A DNA stretch of 64,000 nt from a virus, in the IMG/VR virus record IMGVR_UViG_3300044623_001092. One strand, given 5' to 3'. Under the pieces are notes generated by a model. It was given only the letters and a program-made list of their open reading frames with translations. It ran no database searches and was not told the origin of the DNA. A program made the position numbers and the translations under genes. Below are positions 59,606 through 64,000 of this stretch, in pieces; the stretch's first letter is position 1; every line of letters starts with the position of its first letter.

Positions 59606-62437
59606 TTAAAATTTATTTTCAATCGCTAGACAAACTTCACCGTTTTCTCTGATTAATCTAGCCATATCAGTAAATGATATATAAGCGTGACCTGATTTAC
59701 CCCAAGTTTTACCCCAACTATTCTTAATTCTAAATAACTTTGTGTTTCTGTCAACACCATTTATAATATACGCGTGTCCGCCAACAACTCTACCTAAAAC
59801 TCTAATAACACCATTTCTGTCGGGAGTAAACATTGATGAATACCATTTAGTACCAACAACAACAGGTCCTTTAGTTAAAACGGTGTCAATCAATACATTA
59901 ATATCGTATGTCCATAAATATGATGAAATTCTATTTGTAGTTCTCAAATATTTGGCGGCACCTCTTACTGATGTACCGTCATAATTCTCACCAACCCACT
60001 CATCAACCTTTTGGGCTTCACGATAAATTAATGTTGGTGGAACAATAGGTGCGACACCATCATGTCCAACAGGACCATCTTCAATCCAATGAGCCCAAGC
60101 ATAACCAACACATTGAGGTGTCTTACCTTGATTACCCCACCATCCATTAGCGTCCCAATATTTGGAAGTTAAAATGGTTTTTGGTAACGTTAATTTATTT
60201 TCTATTAAATATTTTTTATCACGTTCATCAGGTATAAAAACACGACCTAAAGAATATGGTGTAATTAAATTATTTTCATTTGATTCACTAATGACATATG
60301 TGAAATCGTTAATCTCACAGAAACTAGTAGAACAATCAGGACAATCAGGATTAAACATTTCAAATTTCTGATTTAATATCTTGAAATTATGTTTAACTTC
60401 AGGTGCCGACAATGGTTCAGTATACATTCTGAATTGTGAAATCGCACCTTCGAATGTACCTGCAAAATTTTGTTCGATTAATATGTTAGTTTTTAAACCA
60501 TTAAAAGTTGTACCCGTTAAATCATTAGTTGGTAAACATTCTGGGTCTTGAACATATGGGCCAAATGGTTGTGTCGTTGAAGAAAATGTTAAATTTTCAC
60601 GTAAACCTTGAGTTCCTCCACCCCATGAAACATTAAATGGTACACCGACTTGTTTTTCTTTGTCAGTACTTAATGCTCTTGGAATAACTTCTTCAAAATC
60701 TTCAATAGTATCAAATATCTGACCATTAATGTAAATTTTTAATCTACCTTTTCGATATTTTGAACTTGTTATCCATTTATCGTTCATTCTAACTAACTCA
60801 ATTAATTCCGCAACTTTACCATTTTCAGAGGTGTAAGGAACGGTAATTAATGACGTTGTATTATTTGCTAATGACTCTAAATATTCTTCTTTGGTTATAT
60901 CACTTAATCCACCACGATAAAACAAATCACAATCATCTAACCAAGTATAACGTTCCCAAACAAAATTTACTTGGAACCAGTGTTCTTCATTTAACCACGC
61001 AGGATTTTCTTTTAAACATCTTGGGTATATTGGTGGGGTACAATAATCAAATACGGTGTATCCTGTAACAAATGTTACCCCTGTTGTAGAACAAGTACCA
61101 GTAGTTTCACAATCACCTGTTATCCTTAACGCTCTTACCCCTATTTGAGGGTTTTTAGGGTCACCACATAATCTAAATGATAATGCGTTTGATAACGAAT
61201 CAAATAGTGGGTCAGATTCACAAGTATTTTCAATAGATGTAAATCCTGTGTAAACACAATCACAATCATGACAAGTATCACATGTTGTACATGTTGGTGT
61301 ACATGTTGGTGTTACAATACAACCATCGGGTGTTGGGGTTGGTGAAGGTGTTGGAGTTGGTGTTGGGTAGATAACTGTTGAACATTCATGTTTTTGGCAT
61401 TCCCATCCACATGTTTTACATTCAGACTCATAACATCCACAACCACATGTTAATTTTAATTTTTGATTTCCATTACAAATATCACAACCATAATTTACAT
61501 GAGGGTCATGTTGATTATTAATTGACCTTGGAGGGTAAACATAGAGACAACGACTATTAGTGATTGTTTTATTACAACAAGCACAAGTTTCTAATTTAGT
61601 TAATCCTGAAGTAATTCTGGTGTATCCTGTAAAACAATTAGGTGTACCATCGGCATGGTGATAAAATTTATTTTCGGCTCTCGCCCCAATATAGAAAAAG
61701 GTATTTTTATTTTGGGGGTATATTTCGTTTAATGTTGTCTCACCAACACCTGGTTGGTATTCGTTAAATAACCTTGGTTTTAATAACATTTCAACGGACC
61801 AACCTTTATTCATCCTGTTAGGGAAAATATCGTAATCATAACCAAATAATTTATAAAATCCTTGATAAAAACCACCGTATAATTCATGGTACTTACCCAC
61901 ATACGGATTGTCTTTACTAACAACTTCGTATAATATTGTTTTGTTAAACCCTGAGAATCTAATATTAGGTGAACTAGTGTTACCTGTTACTTGGAATAAT
62001 TTTAAACGTCTATCAAAATTTAAACGTTCAAATTTTTGACTATCATTAAATAACCCATCAGTAAAATTAATTGTTTCACCTGTCATTTTATCAACAAGAC
62101 CATTATCAATACCTGTTAACCCAATATCACAAGATGAATGACCTGTAAAACAAGTTAAATCAGTATTGTCGGGATTATAAAAGTTTTGAGAAACAAATAT
62201 GTTATTTTGATTATAATTTTTATATGTTAAAGACAACCCCTGAGATGTTAAAGGATTATCAATATCAAAATAGAATGGTAACTTATTACCGTATGTCTGA
62301 GCAATCAAATATGGGGAGAAAACAACCTCTTGATTGTACCCCTGTTCATCTGATGTTAATGACATATCATATGACTCATTAATGAGTTTTACACCCCAAT
62401 TTGGATAAACATATTGATTAATATTTTGACTCGCCAT
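59606..62437 (-). CDS. Multidomain protein: LamG-like scaffold with Cys-rich and PT insert, plus C-terminal papain-like (C1) cysteine peptidase
   Basis: GWSVEMLLKP...LKIYING...FEGAISQFRMYTEPLS (LamG-like); NQG..QCVGYAW, GGHAY, IKNSWGKTWG (C1 catalytic Q/C/H/N). Confidence 0.75.
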   Translation of the reverse strand: MASQNINQYVYPNWGVKLINESYDMSLTSDEQGYNQEVVFSPYLIAQTYGNKLPFYFDIDNPLTSQGLSLTYKNYNQNNIFVSQNFYNPDNTDLTCFTGHSSCDIGLTGIDNGLVDKMTGETINFTDGLFNDSQKFERLNFDRRLKLFQVTGNTSSPNIRFSGFNKTILYEVVSKDNPYVGKYHELYGGFYQGFYKLFGYDYDIFPNRMNKGWSVEMLLKPRLFNEYQPGVGETTLNEIYPQNKNTFFYIGARAENKFYHHADGTPNCFTGYTRITSGLTKLETCACCNKTITNSRCLYVYPPRSINNQHDPHVNYGCDICNGNQKLKLTCGCGCYESECKTCGWECQKHECSTVIYPTPTPTPSPTPTPDGCIVTPTCTPTCTTCDTCHDCDCVYTGFTSIENTCESDPLFDSLSNALSFRLCGDPKNPQIGVRALRITGDCETTGTCSTTGVTFVTGYTVFDYCTPPIYPRCLKENPAWLNEEHWFQVNFVWERYTWLDDCDLFYRGGLSDITKEEYLESLANNTTSLITVPYTSENGKVAELIELVRMNDKWITSSKYRKGRLKIYINGQIFDTIEDFEEVIPRALSTDKEKQVGVPFNVSWGGGTQGLRENLTFSSTTQPFGPYVQDPECLPTNDLTGTTFNGLKTNILIEQNFAGTFEGAISQFRMYTEPLSAPEVKHNFKILNQKFEMFNPDCPDCSTSFCEINDFTYVISESNENNLITPYSLGRVFIPDERDKKYLIENKLTLPKTILTSKYWDANGWWGNQGKTPQCVGYAWAHWIEDGPVGHDGVAPIVPPTLIYREAQKVDEWVGENYDGTSVRGAAKYLRTTNRISSYLWTYDINVLIDTVLTKGPVVVGTKWYSSMFTPDRNGVIRVLGRVVGGHAYIINGVDRNTKLFRIKNSWGKTWGKSGHAYISFTDMARLIRENGEVCLAIENKF

Positions 62438-62488
62438 CTTTTTTAAGATAAATACTCTAAAACGAAGTATTTATTATAAAAAAACAGT

Positions 62489-63343
62489 ATGATAGAATAT
62501 AATAAAGAATATTTCAGTAATAATTATTATTTCCTTCTAAAAGAGGGTTATGATAAAATATCGTTATTTTATTCTGTGGCGGAAACTTTGACTGAATCAC
62601 GAAAAAAAGATAAAAAAATTGTTCTTAATAAAAAGAATGAAAAAAATATCAAAAGTTTAGTTGACAAGTTTCTTAAAACAAACAAAAAATTTACTGAAAA
62701 ACAAATTAATTCTAAGTTTAAAGAGTTAGATGGTGATGGTGAAATTGAGGAGTTAGTTGATGCTGATGGTACTATGTTAGGTTCGGCAATTCCAATTAAA
62801 AGTCAGTTCTTAACACCTAAGAAAACTATGGACCAAACTATCTCAATGTCAAGAGCAACTAATGACCCTGTTTCAAGAGGTTACCGTGTTTATTATGGTG
62901 AGAGTGAGGAAGAACAAGACAATATAGTTGCCGAGGTTAATTATGATGAGGTTTTTGGTTGGGAAGAAACTAAAGACATGGTTTATAATGATACTGTAGA
63001 TACTCTTGAAGATATGGGTGTTGATAATGCTGACGAAAGAGCAAGAGAACAGGGTAAAGACCCTAAGTTAGAAAAGAAAAAAATGAAAGGTTCATTTATT
63101 AGACAACGTTTAGTTGAAAAGGAACCAATTGATGAGGTTCAAAAACAACGTATGATTAAAATGGTTGAGGATATCTTAACTAAAAAATCAAAAAAAGACG
63201 GTGACGTGGTTAAGAGTAGTTCTGAAGCAAATAAAACAATTGGTTCATTTTTAAAACGAAACTTAAAATCAATTAAGAAATTAGCTGAAAAAGAAGGTAT
63301 TAGTTTAGACCAATTAATTAAAGCGTTAAAATACGATGAATAA
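62489..63343 (+). CDS. Hypothetical charged protein
   Basis: 284-aa ORF, divergent from the previous gene, TATTTAT motif upstream. Confidence 0.65.
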   Translation: MIEYNKEYFSNNYYFLLKEGYDKISLFYSVAETLTESRKKDKKIVLNKKNEKNIKSLVDKFLKTNKKFTEKQINSKFKELDGDGEIEELVDADGTMLGSAIPIKSQFLTPKKTMDQTISMSRATNDPVSRGYRVYYGESEEEQDNIVAEVNYDEVFGWEETKDMVYNDTVDTLEDMGVDNADERAREQGKDPKLEKKKMKGSFIRQRLVEKEPIDEVQKQRMIKMVEDILTKKSKKDGDVVKSSSEANKTIGSFLKRNLKSIKKLAEKEGISLDQLIKALKYDE

Positions 63344-63806
63344 AGATTTATACGGACATACAGTACCATTACCTGAAGAAGTTATGGGGTATCTAAGTCA
63401 GTGTTTTGATGCGGCTAAAGGTGCCGACAATTCTACGGAAGGGTACAAACGTAATCAAGATTTAAGAGATAAAAGAGAAATTACTTACCAACAATTAAAA
63501 AGAATGAAGAGTTGGTTTGATAATTTTAACGGACGTGAAAACGACTTACCATTTATTTTAAATGGAGGTCATTATGTGAAAGGATGGGTTGATAATACAT
63601 TAGGGACTATGAGAAATGGTACTGAGTTGTCTAAAGAGATTAAATCAATCGTATTACCTAACCAATTCATCCAACCCCATGAAAAAAATGATTTGACTAA
63701 TCAAAATAGACCAAGTCAATCACATAAATCAAGCGTTAATAGACATGCCACCGCAATATCTGAAGACGTAGATAAAATAAATGATTTAATAAGAAAAATA
63801 ATTTAA
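63336..63806 (+). CDS. Hypothetical protein
   Basis: 156 aa, overlaps the previous stop; contains LKRMKSWFD...LNGG. Confidence 0.65.
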   Translation: MNKDLYGHTVPLPEEVMGYLSQCFDAAKGADNSTEGYKRNQDLRDKREITYQQLKRMKSWFDNFNGRENDLPFILNGGHYVKGWVDNTLGTMRNGTELSKEIKSIVLPNQFIQPHEKNDLTNQNRPSQSHKSSVNRHATAISEDVDKINDLIRKII

Positions 63807-63808
63807 TT

Positions 63809-64000
63809 ATGGCAGTTAACGAACCATTAGATTTTGGACAACCAACTAATAAATTGTCACAAATCGCAGATTCTGAAAGACAAAAGTTATTACCTAAAAA
63901 TGACTATAAAAAAACTAATGAGTATACAACCACAAATGCTGACGCGTTAGCGACAGGTGATGCTCAAGGTAAAGGTACGGGAGGATTTTTAGATACTAGT
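63809..64000 (+). CDS. Hypothetical protein, truncated by the window edge
   Basis: ATG at 63809, open to the end: MAVNEPLDFGQPTNKLSQIADSERQKLLPKNDY... Confidence 0.7.
   Translation, partial: MAVNEPLDFGQPTNKLSQIADSERQKLLPKNDYKKTNEYTTTNADALATGDAQGKGTGGFLDTS

Noticed and set aside
1-64000. Stop-codon reassignment, introns or inteins, tRNAs
   Set aside because: Core genes are full length and uninterrupted in code 11, with TAA, TAG and TGA all used as stops. No intein, homing endonuclease or tRNA pattern was recognised by eye.

Overview
This is a 64-kb segment of a very AT-rich, large contractile-tailed phage distantly related to T4 (jumbo myovirus type), read in the standard genetic code. It contains a baseplate/tail module (gp6- and gp25-like wedge proteins, a large hub, a LysM/gp53-like protein, tape measure, tail chaperone, tube, sheath and neck proteins). 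Replication and nucleotide-metabolism genes are class Ia NrdA/NrdB, a DnaB/gp41 helicase, a 5'-3' exonuclease, RecA/UvsX, a gp32-like SSB, a SNF2 helicase and a family B DNA polymerase. A Mn/Fe superoxide dismutase fusion is also present. The main candidate for an undescribed system is the block at 46.0-62.4 kb. There, a GT60-like polypeptide GlcNAc-transferase heads a cassette of five more glycosyltransferase genes and two methyltransferase genes, directly next to an 847-aa mucin-like Thr/Pro protein and other proteins with Thr-rich tracts. This suggests a phage-encoded mucin-type O-glycosylation system that coats the virion. Other notable signals are a candidate +1 frameshift (UUU_UUU_CGC) in the tail chaperone, a strand-specific TATTTAT(A) motif upstream of about 19 genes (the reverse complement of the T4 late promoter), and canonical sigma70 promoters without Shine-Dalgarno sites. 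An OmpA-like domain and a GH73-like domain are embedded in baseplate proteins, and two small genes are missing from the ORF track. All family calls come from motif recognition by eye; no database searches were run.
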